Source of the DNA: an uncultured Pelagibacteraceae bacterium
GTDB taxonomy: Bacteria; Pseudomonadota; Alphaproteobacteria; Pelagibacterales; Pelagibacteraceae
Length of the DNA: 64,000 nt
Direction: 5' to 3'
NCBI GenBank assembly: GCA_902605995.1
Contig: CACLEQ010000001.1
Location: 5,751 to 69,750 of the forward strand
In this document: in pieces, positions 49,553 through 61,085 of the stretch
Numbering within the stretch: the stretch's first letter is position 1
How the letters are laid out: the number at the start of each line of letters is the position of its first letter
The notes under the pieces: generated by a model
What the model was told of the DNA's origin: nothing
Seen by the model: the letters and a program-made list of their open reading frames with translations, nothing else
Databases searched by the model: none
Made by a program: the position numbers and the translations under genes

Positions 49553-49903
49553 ATGGATAAAATTTTAGAGCTCAAACAGAGTGTAATAAATACACTAGAT
49601 AGAAATAAAGCCCAAAATATAATTAGCATAGATCTAAAAGACAAAAGTTCAATGGCTGAATATATGATAATTGCTAGCGGAACTTCTTCAAGACACTTAC
49701 AGTCATTATCCGAACAGGTATTAGAAAAGTTTAAAAATTATGGTATCCAAGAGTCTAAAATTGAGGGCAAAGAAAGTAGTGAATGGAAGCTCGTTGACGG
49801 AATAGATCTAATAGTACACATCTTCCACCCGGAAAAAAGAAAATTTTATGAACTTGAAAAGATGTGGTCTGAACTTATTCCAAAAGAAAAATTAATAATA
49901 TGA
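49553..49903 (+). CDS. rsfS: Ribosome silencing factor (Iojap)
   Basis: KA..I, IASG.S.RH, W.LVD..D.IVH.F..E.R.FY.LE..W. Confidence 0.95.
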   Translation: MDKILELKQSVINTLDRNKAQNIISIDLKDKSSMAEYMIIASGTSSRHLQSLSEQVLEKFKNYGIQESKIEGKESSEWKLVDGIDLIVHIFHPEKRKFYELEKMWSELIPKEKLII

Positions 49904-51036
49904 TTGGTAAGATTTTAAAGACGTCATTTTTTTTGTATTTAATTCTAACAAATTTAGTTAATTCTACTGAAGATAATATTTACAAGAAAATTGATTTGTT
50001 TGGTGAGGTTCTTGAAAAAATAAATAAAGAATATGTGGATGAAATAAATCAATCTGAAAGTATGGACTCTGCAATAAATGGTCTTCTTCAATCTTTGGAC
50101 CCATATTCTGCCTACATGTCTCCTGAAATTTTCAATGAAATGCAGACTGAAACTAGCGGGGAATTTGGAGGACTTGGTATCGAGGTAAGTATGGAGTCTG
50201 GAGTTGTAAAAGTCATCTCTCCAATTGATGACACGCCAGCTTCTAAAGCAGGTATAAAAGCAGGTGATTACATTGTAAAAATTAATGACATACAAGTACA
50301 AGGAAAGTCGCTTAGTGAGGCTGTAGAATTAATGAGAGGACCTGTTGGAACAGGTATCGAATTAACCATTAGAAGAAGAGGTGAAAAAAAAGCTTTGACC
50401 TTTAACGTAACAAGAGAAATTATCCAAATAAAATCAGTTAAGGCTGATATTCTAGACAAAGACATTGGATATTTAAGATTAACTTCGTTTAATGAAAATA
50501 GTGGTGATCAAATTGAAAAAGAAATTAAAAAATTTGAAAAAAATAAATCTATTAAAGCGTACATTCTAGATTTAAGAAACAATCCCGGAGGTCTACTTTC
50601 TCAAGCAATTAAGATTTCTGACTTTTTTTTAGATAATGGAGAAATAGTCTCAACAAAAAGTAGGAAAGCAATAGAAAACAGAAAATGGTTTGCTAAACAA
50701 GGTGATCTAACAAATGGCAAAACGCTGTTAGTTTTAATTAATTATGGTTCAGCATCAGCCTCTGAAATTGTTGCAGGTGCTTTAAAAGACCACAAAAGGG
50801 CGATTTTACTAGGTGAGAACAGTTACGGAAAAGGTTCTGTACAATCAATTATACCTCTTAAAAATGACGGCGCTATTAGATTGACAGTAGCCAAATACTA
50901 TTTGCCATCAGGGAAATCAATTTCTGAAGTTGGTGTGTCTCCTGATATTGAAATAAGTGAAGAGTCTGATGATTTCGTAATCAAAACCGAGACAGACAAC
51001 CAACTTGATTACGCTCTCAAACTACTAAAGGGCTAA
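49900..51036 (+). CDS. ctpA: Carboxyl-terminal processing protease (S41)
   Basis: LDPYS.Y, PDZ (FGGLGI), DLRNNPGG.L, SASASEI, GKGSVQ. Confidence 0.93.
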   Translation: MIGKILKTSFFLYLILTNLVNSTEDNIYKKIDLFGEVLEKINKEYVDEINQSESMDSAINGLLQSLDPYSAYMSPEIFNEMQTETSGEFGGLGIEVSMESGVVKVISPIDDTPASKAGIKAGDYIVKINDIQVQGKSLSEAVELMRGPVGTGIELTIRRRGEKKALTFNVTREIIQIKSVKADILDKDIGYLRLTSFNENSGDQIEKEIKKFEKNKSIKAYILDLRNNPGGLLSQAIKISDFFLDNGEIVSTKSRKAIENRKWFAKQGDLTNGKTLLVLINYGSASASEIVAGALKDHKRAILLGENSYGKGSVQSIIPLKNDGAIRLTVAKYYLPSGKSISEVGVSPDIEISEESDDFVIKTETDNQLDYALKLLKG

Positions 51037-51037
51037 A

Positions 51038-51514
51038 ATGGAGGAAAAATTTAAAAAACTTCCTTTAAGGAGTGGTGTAGGTATCGTTGTCTTAAATAAG
51101 AAAAATCAAGTTTTTGTAGGTAAAAGGATAGACAATCCAAAAAATTTTTGGCAAATGCCCCAAGGTGGTGTTGACGAAGGAGAAGATTTTTTGACTGCTG
51201 CCTACAGAGAACTAGAAGAGGAAACAAGTATAAAAAATGTTGAACTGATCAAAGAAATAGAAGGTACATTAACCTATGAACTACCAGAAAACTTATTGGG
51301 AATTATATGGAAAGGTAAATATAAAGGTCAAAAACAAAAATGGTATTTGATGAGATATCTAGGTGAAGACAATGAAATTGACGTAAAAACCGACAAACCA
51401 GAATTTTTAGATTGGAAATGGTTAGATTTAGACATGCTGACTGAGGTAGTTGTAGACTTTAAGTTCAATGTTTATAAAGAACTTAAAGAAAAAATAAAAA
51501 AAATAATTAATTAA
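51038..51514 (+). CDS. rppH: RNA pyrophosphohydrolase (Nudix)
   Basis: WQMPQGG.D.GE....AA.REL.EET, GQ.QKW, EF..W.W, FK..VY. Confidence 0.93.
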   Translation: MEEKFKKLPLRSGVGIVVLNKKNQVFVGKRIDNPKNFWQMPQGGVDEGEDFLTAAYRELEEETSIKNVELIKEIEGTLTYELPENLLGIIWKGKYKGQKQKWYLMRYLGEDNEIDVKTDKPEFLDWKWLDLDMLTEVVVDFKFNVYKELKEKIKKIIN

Positions 51515-51898
51515 GATTTTTTAAAACTTCAATTTTTTGATCAACTAAATACTTAGTTTGATCATTTATGTCTGTTTTATTTAAGTCTTCTTCAGCTAAC
51601 TTAAGTAAATCTTGTATTTTAGACTTATTTAAATCTGAAAGTTTAAATATTGAACTAGTTAAAATTGACAAATTATTATTTTTAAATTCAACAATTCCGT
51701 CCTCAACATAATAATTCTCTTCGCCTGATTTAGTTATTAATTTAATAATACCTGGTTTTAAAAAAGAGATAATAGAGATATGATCTTTTAGAATTCCCAT
51801 TTCTCCCTCAAAAGCTGGGACAACAGCTTCTAAAACGTCGTCTTTTGCTAAGAAAGATTTTTCAGGATTGACTATTTCAACTTTAAATTCTTCACTCA

Positions 51899-51899
<1 letters not shown>
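51507..51899 (-). CDS. atpC: ATP synthase F1 epsilon subunit
   Basis: EIV.PE, P..EGEMGIL..H; last gene of the atp operon. Confidence 0.93.
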
Positions 51900-54192
<2,293 letters not shown>

Positions 54193-54198
54193 ATAGTA

Positions 54199-55734
54199 TT
54201 AAGATTTAAAAGTTCCTTTCAATTGGGTAATTACTTCTACGAGCAGTCTCTCTTTATCATCGTCAAGTTTTCCAGAGCTTTGAATTGCCTCAATTATTTC
54301 TGGTTTTTCTGATTTACATCTTTCGATAATCTTACTCTCAAATTCAGCAACGTCTTTTAATTCAATATCATCAAGATAACCTTTAACGCCACAGAAGACT
54401 GATATTACTTGTTCTGCTACGGTCATTGGTGAATATTGTTTTTGTTTTAAAAGTTCAGTCAATTTAGAGCCTCTATTTAAAAGTTGTTGAGTAGATGCAT
54501 CTAAATCTGATCCAAATTGAGCAAATGCTGCCATCTCTCTATATTGAGCCAATTCCAATTTCATCGATCCAGAAACTTTTTTCATTGCTTTTGTTTGTGC
54601 AGATGAACCAACTCTAGATACTGACAATCCAACATTTATCGCTGGTCTAATTCCTTGGTTGAATAATTCTGTTTCTAAAAAAATTTGGCCGTCTGTAATT
54701 GAAATTACATTGGTGGGAATAAATGCAGATACATCGCCACCCTGAGTTTCAATAATTGGAAGTGCAGTTAGTGATCCACCGCCATGTTCATCACTTAATT
54801 TCGCAGCTCTTTCAAGTAATCTACTGTGTAAGTAAAATACATCTCCAGGATAAGCCTCACGTCCTGGAGGTCTTCTTAATAAAAGAGACATTTGTCTGTA
54901 AGCAACTGCTTGCTTAGACAAATCATCATATATAATCAATGCGTGCATCCCATTATCTCTAAAATATTCACCCATAGCGCAACCTGTATACGGCGCTAGA
55001 AATTGCAGAGGTGCAGAATCAGATGCTGTAGCAGCAACAATAGTTGTGTATTCCATTGCACCTGCTTCTTCTAATGTTTTTTGAATTTGTCTAACAGTTG
55101 ATCTTTTTTGCCCAATTGCAACATATATACAATATAATTTCTGTTTTTCATCACCGGAGTCATTTATTTTTTTTTGATTAATTATAGCATCTACAGCAAC
55201 AGCAGTTTTACCAGTCTGTCTATCACCAATGATCAATTCTCTTTGTCCTCTTCCAATAGGAACCAAACTATCAATTGATTTTAATCCAGTTTGCATTGGT
55301 TCACTTACTGATTGCCTAGGGATAATTCCCGGTGCTTTTACCTCTACTCTTGTTTTTTTTATACTTTTGCCTAAAGGTCCTTTACCATCAATAGGATTAC
55401 CTAAACCATCTACCACTCTTCCTAGTAATTCTTTTCCTACAGGAGTATCAACAATACTACCAGTTCTTTTTACTACATCACCCTCTTTTATATTTCTGTC
55501 ATCACCAAAAATTACAACACCAACATTTTCACTTTCTAAATTAAGGGCCATCCCTTTAGATCCATCAACAAACTCTACCATTTCACCAGCTTGAACATTA
55601 TCTAAACCATAAATTCTTGCAATACCATCTCCTACTGATAAAACTTGTCCCACTTCTGTAACTTCAGTTTTATTACCAAAATTTTTTATTTGTTCTTTTA
55701 ATATTTTTGTTACTTCTGAAGGATTAATTTCCAT
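54199..55734 (-). CDS. atpA: ATP synthase F1 alpha subunit
   Basis: [31 protein letters not shown]. Confidence 0.99.
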   Translation of the reverse strand: MEINPSEVTKILKEQIKNFGNKTEVTEVGQVLSVGDGIARIYGLDNVQAGEMVEFVDGSKGMALNLESENVGVVIFGDDRNIKEGDVVKRTGSIVDTPVGKELLGRVVDGLGNPIDGKGPLGKSIKKTRVEVKAPGIIPRQSVSEPMQTGLKSIDSLVPIGRGQRELIIGDRQTGKTAVAVDAIINQKKINDSGDEKQKLYCIYVAIGQKRSTVRQIQKTLEEAGAMEYTTIVAATASDSAPLQFLAPYTGCAMGEYFRDNGMHALIIYDDLSKQAVAYRQMSLLLRRPPGREAYPGDVFYLHSRLLERAAKLSDEHGGGSLTALPIIETQGGDVSAFIPTNVISITDGQIFLETELFNQGIRPAINVGLSVSRVGSSAQTKAMKKVSGSMKLELAQYREMAAFAQFGSDLDASTQQLLNRGSKLTELLKQKQYSPMTVAEQVISVFCGVKGYLDDIELKDVAEFESKIIERCKSEKPEIIEAIQSSGKLDDDKERLLVEVITQLKGTFKS

Positions 55735-56292
55735 TTATGCCTTTATCATTGTATTTTCGATTTGTTGTAATTTATTTTTAATTGAGTTATCAATCATGGT
55801 GCTTCCAACTTGGATTACTAAGCCTCCTATTAAACTTTCATCATATCTGTAGTTTAATTTTATTTTTGAGCTAAAATTTTTAATTAACAATTCTGTAATT
55901 TTTGTTATTTCATCGTTCGATAAATTTTTTGCTGATTTTAACTCAGCTTTTAGTTCGCCTCTTTTTCTTGAACAAGTTTCAATAAAGCTTTTAAGAATAC
56001 GTTCAATAAAAAAAAAGCGTCTTTTTTGAATTAAAAAATTTAAAAAATTTTTAAATAACGTATTAAATTTATTATTTTCCACGATTGTATTTATTACTTT
56101 TAATAAATCTTTTTGATTAATAGTTGGATCTTTAACCAAATTACAAAAATCATCGCTATGATTTATTAGATTGAGAAAAGATAAAGCTTGATCCTCTATC
56201 TGAATTAATAAGTTATTCTCCTCAGCCAGTTCAAAGAGTGCAAGTGAGTACCTTTCAGCTGATGTAATTGAAAATTCCGTATTTTTGGTCAA
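55735..56292 (-). CDS. atpH: ATP synthase F1 delta subunit
   Basis: A.RYS.ALF, LIGG..I..GS..ID.S; TTG start with AGGAG SD upstream. Confidence 0.94.
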   Translation of the reverse strand: MTKNTEFSITSAERYSLALFELAEENNLLIQIEDQALSFLNLINHSDDFCNLVKDPTINQKDLLKVINTIVENNKFNTLFKNFLNFLIQKRRFFFIERILKSFIETCSRKRGELKAELKSAKNLSNDEITKITELLIKNFSSKIKLNYRYDESLIGGLVIQVGSTMIDNSIKNKLQQIENTMIKA

Positions 56293-56398
56293 CTTGACTC
56301 CTATGTATAATGAAAATTAACTAAATTATTGCATTAATTAACATATGACCATTATGTCTTCAAGTAGCACATTTCTTAAAAAAGCTCATTTTTGTGGT

Positions 56399-58354
56399 TT
56401 AATTGAAATTTATTGGATCAACATCAACTGTTAGTTTTATTCCTGGTTGAAATTTATAATTTAAAATTATCGATGCCAAAGAACTTTGTAACTTTGACGT
56501 TTTTGTACCTCTGATTAGAAGCCTAATTCTATACTTTTTTCTCAATCTAAAGATAGGAGCGCTTACTGGACCTAAAATTTTTCCAAAAATTTTACCTTCT
56601 ATTGAAGTTTTAAACTTTAAAGCCTCTTTTTCCAATTTAATCTCATTATCACCAGTCAATATTAAAGAAATAAATCTTTGAAATGGGGGGAGGTTATTTT
56701 GTCTTCTAATTTTTAACTCTTTATCCAAAAAAATGTCAGGATTACTATTTGTTAAATCTGAAATCATTTGGGTATTAGTATTATAAGTTTGAAAATATAC
56801 TGTAGCTGGTTTTCCAGTTCTTCCTGCTCTTCCAGATAATTGATGGTATAATTGTAAATTCTTTTCCGCTCCTCTTAAATCATGTCCTTGCAATGATAAA
56901 TCAATATCTACAACAACAATACAATTTAAACTTGGAAAATGAAAACCTTTCGAAATTAATTGTGTTCCAACTAAAATTTGGATCTCATTATTTATTATTT
57001 TTTCTAATTTAATACTAGAATCTTTTTTATTCATCGTATCACTAGAAAAAATTTCAATTCTCTTAAATGGAAAGTTTTTTTTTACCTCTTCGAATATTCT
57101 TTCAACTCCAGGACCACAAAAAATAAATTCACAATCTCCATCTTTTACACAGCTTTTTTTTAATGACGATTTAAAACCACAATAATGGCATAATAAATTG
57201 TTTTTATTTTTATGATAAACCAAATTAATTGAACAATTTGGACATGAATAAGTATTAAAACATTTATTACAAAGTACATGTGGAGAAAATCCCCTTCTAT
57301 TCAAAAAAAATAATACTTGGTCATTTTTATCAAGATGAAAACTTACTTTGTCTATTATTTTTTTTGAAAGCCATGATTGTTTTTCTAATTTTGTATTGTT
57401 AAGATTAATTATTTCATAATTAGGTAAAGATGCATTTTGATAACGTTTTTCTAATTTGGAAACACTATATTTGCCTTTTTTAATATTTTCGTAAGTTTCA
57501 ATTGAAGGAACAGCTGTTATTAAATTGATAGGAATGTTTTCAAATGATGCTCTTGAAATAGCCATATCCCTTGCATTGTAGGTAACTCCTTCGTCTTGTT
57601 TGTAAGATTGATCATGTTCCTCATCAACAATAATTAAACCTAGTTTTTTAAATGGTAAAAATAATGATGATCTCGCACCAATGACGACCTGAATTTCTCC
57701 ATTTGCAATTCCACTCCAAATAATTTCTTTCTTTTTTTTTGCAATACCTGAGTGCCATACTGCTGGTATAAAACCAAAAAATTCTGTAAATTTTTTTTCA
57801 AACTCACCTGTTAAGCCAATCTCTGGTAATAAAATTAATCCTTGAAAACCTTTGTTTAAAATTTCTCTAAGGGCTTCAAAATATACTATGGTTTTTCCTG
57901 AGCCTGTTGTTCCTTGAAGAACATGAACTCTAAATTTTTGATTAGAAATATTCATCTTTTTAAGAGATTTTTTTTGTTCTTCAGAGAGCTTTATCAAACA
58001 TTTCTTATTATTTGTTTCAAAAATTTTGTAAGTATCTTTTTGAAGTTTTTCTACAACATTGCTACTTAATAAAACCAATTTTAAAGCCATTCCTTTTGGA
58101 ATTATATTGTATTCAGAAAACCAATTAAGAAATTTAATAGTTGTTTTTTTTAGAGGAGTAACATTTAATTTTTTTAAAACACTTTTTATTTTAAAATTCC
58201 TACTATTCCTTTTTTCAAATTCATCCCAAACTACTCCTATAATTTTAGATTTGCCAAAAGGTACAACTACATAATCTCCGATTTTTAAGTTAAGTTTGCT
58301 TTCATAAGTAAAAGGATGGTTAAATATATTTGGTAAGAGAATTGGTACTTTCAT
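56399..58354 (-). CDS. priA: Primosomal protein N' (replication restart helicase)
   Basis: G.TGSGKT, LPEI.LT, DEEHD.SYKQ, LNRRG, Cys-rich Zn region, Q..GRAGR. Confidence 0.96.
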   Translation of the reverse strand: MKVPILLPNIFNHPFTYESKLNLKIGDYVVVPFGKSKIIGVVWDEFEKRNSRNFKIKSVLKKLNVTPLKKTTIKFLNWFSEYNIIPKGMALKLVLLSSNVVEKLQKDTYKIFETNNKKCLIKLSEEQKKSLKKMNISNQKFRVHVLQGTTGSGKTIVYFEALREILNKGFQGLILLPEIGLTGEFEKKFTEFFGFIPAVWHSGIAKKKKEIIWSGIANGEIQVVIGARSSLFLPFKKLGLIIVDEEHDQSYKQDEGVTYNARDMAISRASFENIPINLITAVPSIETYENIKKGKYSVSKLEKRYQNASLPNYEIINLNNTKLEKQSWLSKKIIDKVSFHLDKNDQVLFFLNRRGFSPHVLCNKCFNTYSCPNCSINLVYHKNKNNLLCHYCGFKSSLKKSCVKDGDCEFIFCGPGVERIFEEVKKNFPFKRIEIFSSDTMNKKDSSIKLEKIINNEIQILVGTQLISKGFHFPSLNCIVVVDIDLSLQGHDLRGAEKNLQLYHQLSGRAGRTGKPATVYFQTYNTNTQMISDLTNSNPDIFLDKELKIRRQNNLPPFQRFISLILTGDNEIKLEKEALKFKTSIEGKIFGKILGPVSAPIFRLRKKYRIRLLIRGTKTSKLQSSLASIILNYKFQPGIKLTVDVDPINFN

Positions 58355-58376
58355 ATTTAAATAATAAGAAAATATT

Positions 58377-59777
58377 TTAAGAGTGTATTGCTCTTTTATC
58401 TACTGATAATGCTGCTTCTTTAACAGCTTCAGAAAAAGTAGGATGAGCATGACAGGTTCTAGCAATATCCTCCGAACTAGCACCAAACTCCATAGCAACA
58501 CCTATTTCTCCGATCAATTCCCCAGCATGAGGACCTATAAGATGAGCTCCCAGCACTTTGTCAGTTTTTTCATCTGCTAAAATTTTTACAAAACCTTCCG
58601 TGTCATCAATAGCTTTTGCTCTGGAGTTAGCCATAAATGAAAATTTACCTATCTTATATTTTATATTTTTTTCTATTAATTGTTCTTCTGTTTTTCCAAT
58701 AGAAGCAACTTCTGGTGTCGTATAAATAACTCCAGGTATGGTATCATAATTAACATGGCCAGACTGACCCGCTATAATCTCTGCCACCGCGATTCCCTCA
58801 TCTTCTGCTTTATGCGCTAACATTGGGCCTGCAATCACATCACCTATAGCATAAATATTATTCACATTAGTTTGAAAATCCTTGTTAGTTTTTACTCTTT
58901 TCTTATTATCTAATTCAATTCCAACTTTTTCAAGGTTTAGACCACTAGTATTTGGTTTTCTACCTACTGAGACTAGTACCTTATCACACTCAAAATCTTT
59001 CTGTTTACCATCTTTATCTTTTGTTGAAATAATAGCACCCGTATTGTTTTTTTTAATTTTTTCAACTTTATGCTGCATATGAAAATTAATTCCCTGTTTC
59101 TTTAGAATTTTCATAAACTCATTTGAGATTTCTTTATCCATACCAGGAGTTATATGATCTAAAAATTCCACTACGTGAACATTTGTACCAAGTCTTGACC
59201 AAACTGATCCCATTTCTAATCCAATATAACCTCCACCCACAACAACCATTTTTTTTGGCACCTTCTCAAATGCCAAAGCGCCTGTGGAGGAAACAATAAT
59301 TTTTTCATCAAATTCGATGCCAGGTAATGATACAGGCACTGAACCTGTGGCAATAATTACTTTATCAGCATGTATTAAGGTCTCTTTATTATTTTCATCT
59401 TTGATAGAAATTTCATTTTTTGACTTGAAGCTTCCAGTTCCTTTAAAGTAAGTCACTTTATTTTTCTTTAATAAAAACTCTACTCCTTTAGTTAAAACAG
59501 TTACTGCTTTATCTTTGTTCTTCATCATCATTTGTAAATTAAGTTTTATCTCACCAATTTCGATTCCCTTATTGGACAAGTGTTTAACTTTATGAAATTC
59601 CTCTGATAGATTTAGTAAGCTTTTAGAAGGAATACACCCTATGTTTAGACAAGTTCCACCTAGTGAGCCTCTAGACTCAATACACGCTGTTTTAAAACCT
59701 AATTGTGCTAGTCTTATTGCACAAACGTAACCTCCGGGACCACCACCAATAACTACTGCTTGAAATTTATCTGACAT
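58377..59777 (-). CDS. lpdA: Dihydrolipoyl dehydrogenase (E3)
   Basis: GGGPGGY, GGTCLN.GCIPSK, LAHKA, HAHPT.SE. Confidence 0.98.
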   Translation of the reverse strand: MSDKFQAVVIGGGPGGYVCAIRLAQLGFKTACIESRGSLGGTCLNIGCIPSKSLLNLSEEFHKVKHLSNKGIEIGEIKLNLQMMMKNKDKAVTVLTKGVEFLLKKNKVTYFKGTGSFKSKNEISIKDENNKETLIHADKVIIATGSVPVSLPGIEFDEKIIVSSTGALAFEKVPKKMVVVGGGYIGLEMGSVWSRLGTNVHVVEFLDHITPGMDKEISNEFMKILKKQGINFHMQHKVEKIKKNNTGAIISTKDKDGKQKDFECDKVLVSVGRKPNTSGLNLEKVGIELDNKKRVKTNKDFQTNVNNIYAIGDVIAGPMLAHKAEDEGIAVAEIIAGQSGHVNYDTIPGVIYTTPEVASIGKTEEQLIEKNIKYKIGKFSFMANSRAKAIDDTEGFVKILADEKTDKVLGAHLIGPHAGELIGEIGVAMEFGASSEDIARTCHAHPTFSEAVKEAALSVDKRAIHS

Positions 59778-61079
59778 CTAAATATCTAAAAATAACCTTC
59801 TTGGATCCTCCAAATTTTCTTTTATCATTTTCAAAAATGAGACCGACTCTTTACCATCGATAATCCTGTGATCATATGACAATGCTAAATACATTATTGG
59901 CCTTATTTTAATTTCTCCATCAATAACAACTGGTCTATCTACAATATTATGCATACCTAAAACGCCTGATTGAGGTAAGTTTAATATAGGAGTCGAAAGC
60001 ATTGAGCCATAAACACCACCATTACTAATAGTAAAAGTGCCTCCTTGCAGATCTTCAATTGTAAGTTTTCCATCTTTTGCTTTTTCAGAAATTTGTTTAA
60101 TATTTTTCTCTATATCTGCAAAAGATAATTCATCTGCATTTTTAAGAACAGGAACTACAAGCCCTTTTTCAGTTCCAACAGCAAAACTTACATTATAATA
60201 ATTTTTATAAATAATTTCATCACCCTCTATTTCCGCGTTAACTGCAGGGAAATTTTTAAGAGCTACCACACAGGCCTTTACAAAAAAAGACATAAAACCT
60301 AGTTTTACGCCATATCGATTTTGGAAGTCTTCATGATTTTCTTTTCTCATCTCCATAATACTTGTCATGTCAACTTCGTTAAAAGTAGTTAATAAAGCTG
60401 CGTTCTCCTGAGCTTGTTTTAATCTTTTAGCAATGGTCTGTCTCAATCTGGTCATTTTAATTCTCTCCTCTTGACCAAACTTAATTTTTCTTTCTGATGG
60501 GGGTGGATTTACTCCCATTAAATTTATCAAATCTCCTTTAAGAACTCTACCGTCCTTACCTGATCCCTTTACTGACTTGATATCAATTTTTTTTTCTGCA
60601 ACAATTTTTCTTACTGCTGGAGATAAGCTCTCATTAATCTCTGATTTAAACTCATGTTTATCCTCTTTAACTTCGTTGGTAAGAACTAGAGGTGCTTCCT
60701 CTGGTTGCTCCTCTTCAACCATTTTTTCATCGAAAACGTCTGGCTCTTTTTTTTCTTTTTTTGGATCTAATTTAAGTAAGTTATCTTTTTTAGCGATTGG
60801 TTGAATTTTTTTTATTTCCTCATTTTTTTGCGAATCTGAACCACTTTCTGTTACAGAGCCCAAAATAGCTCCAACTTCAACAACTGAGCCATCTTTTGAG
60901 TTAATTTTTGTTAGTACACCCGATATAGGTGAAGGAACCTCTAAGTTAACTTTATCTGTTTCTAATTCAACAATAGGTTCGTCAGCATCAATTTTATCTC
61001 CCTCATTTTTAAGCCACTTAGAAACAGTTGCCTCTGTAATACTTTCACCAAGGGCTGGAACTAAAATTTTTTCACTCAT
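59778..61079 (-). CDS. sucB: 2-oxoglutarate dehydrogenase E2 (dihydrolipoyl succinyltransferase)
   Basis: Lipoyl [30 protein letters not shown]. Confidence 0.98.
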   Translation of the reverse strand: MSEKILVPALGESITEATVSKWLKNEGDKIDADEPIVELETDKVNLEVPSPISGVLTKINSKDGSVVEVGAILGSVTESGSDSQKNEEIKKIQPIAKKDNLLKLDPKKEKKEPDVFDEKMVEEEQPEEAPLVLTNEVKEDKHEFKSEINESLSPAVRKIVAEKKIDIKSVKGSGKDGRVLKGDLINLMGVNPPPSERKIKFGQEERIKMTRLRQTIAKRLKQAQENAALLTTFNEVDMTSIMEMRKENHEDFQNRYGVKLGFMSFFVKACVVALKNFPAVNAEIEGDEIIYKNYYNVSFAVGTEKGLVVPVLKNADELSFADIEKNIKQISEKAKDGKLTIEDLQGGTFTISNGGVYGSMLSTPILNLPQSGVLGMHNIVDRPVVIDGEIKIRPIMYLALSYDHRIIDGKESVSFLKMIKENLEDPRRLFLDI

Positions 61080-61085
61080 TTTTTT

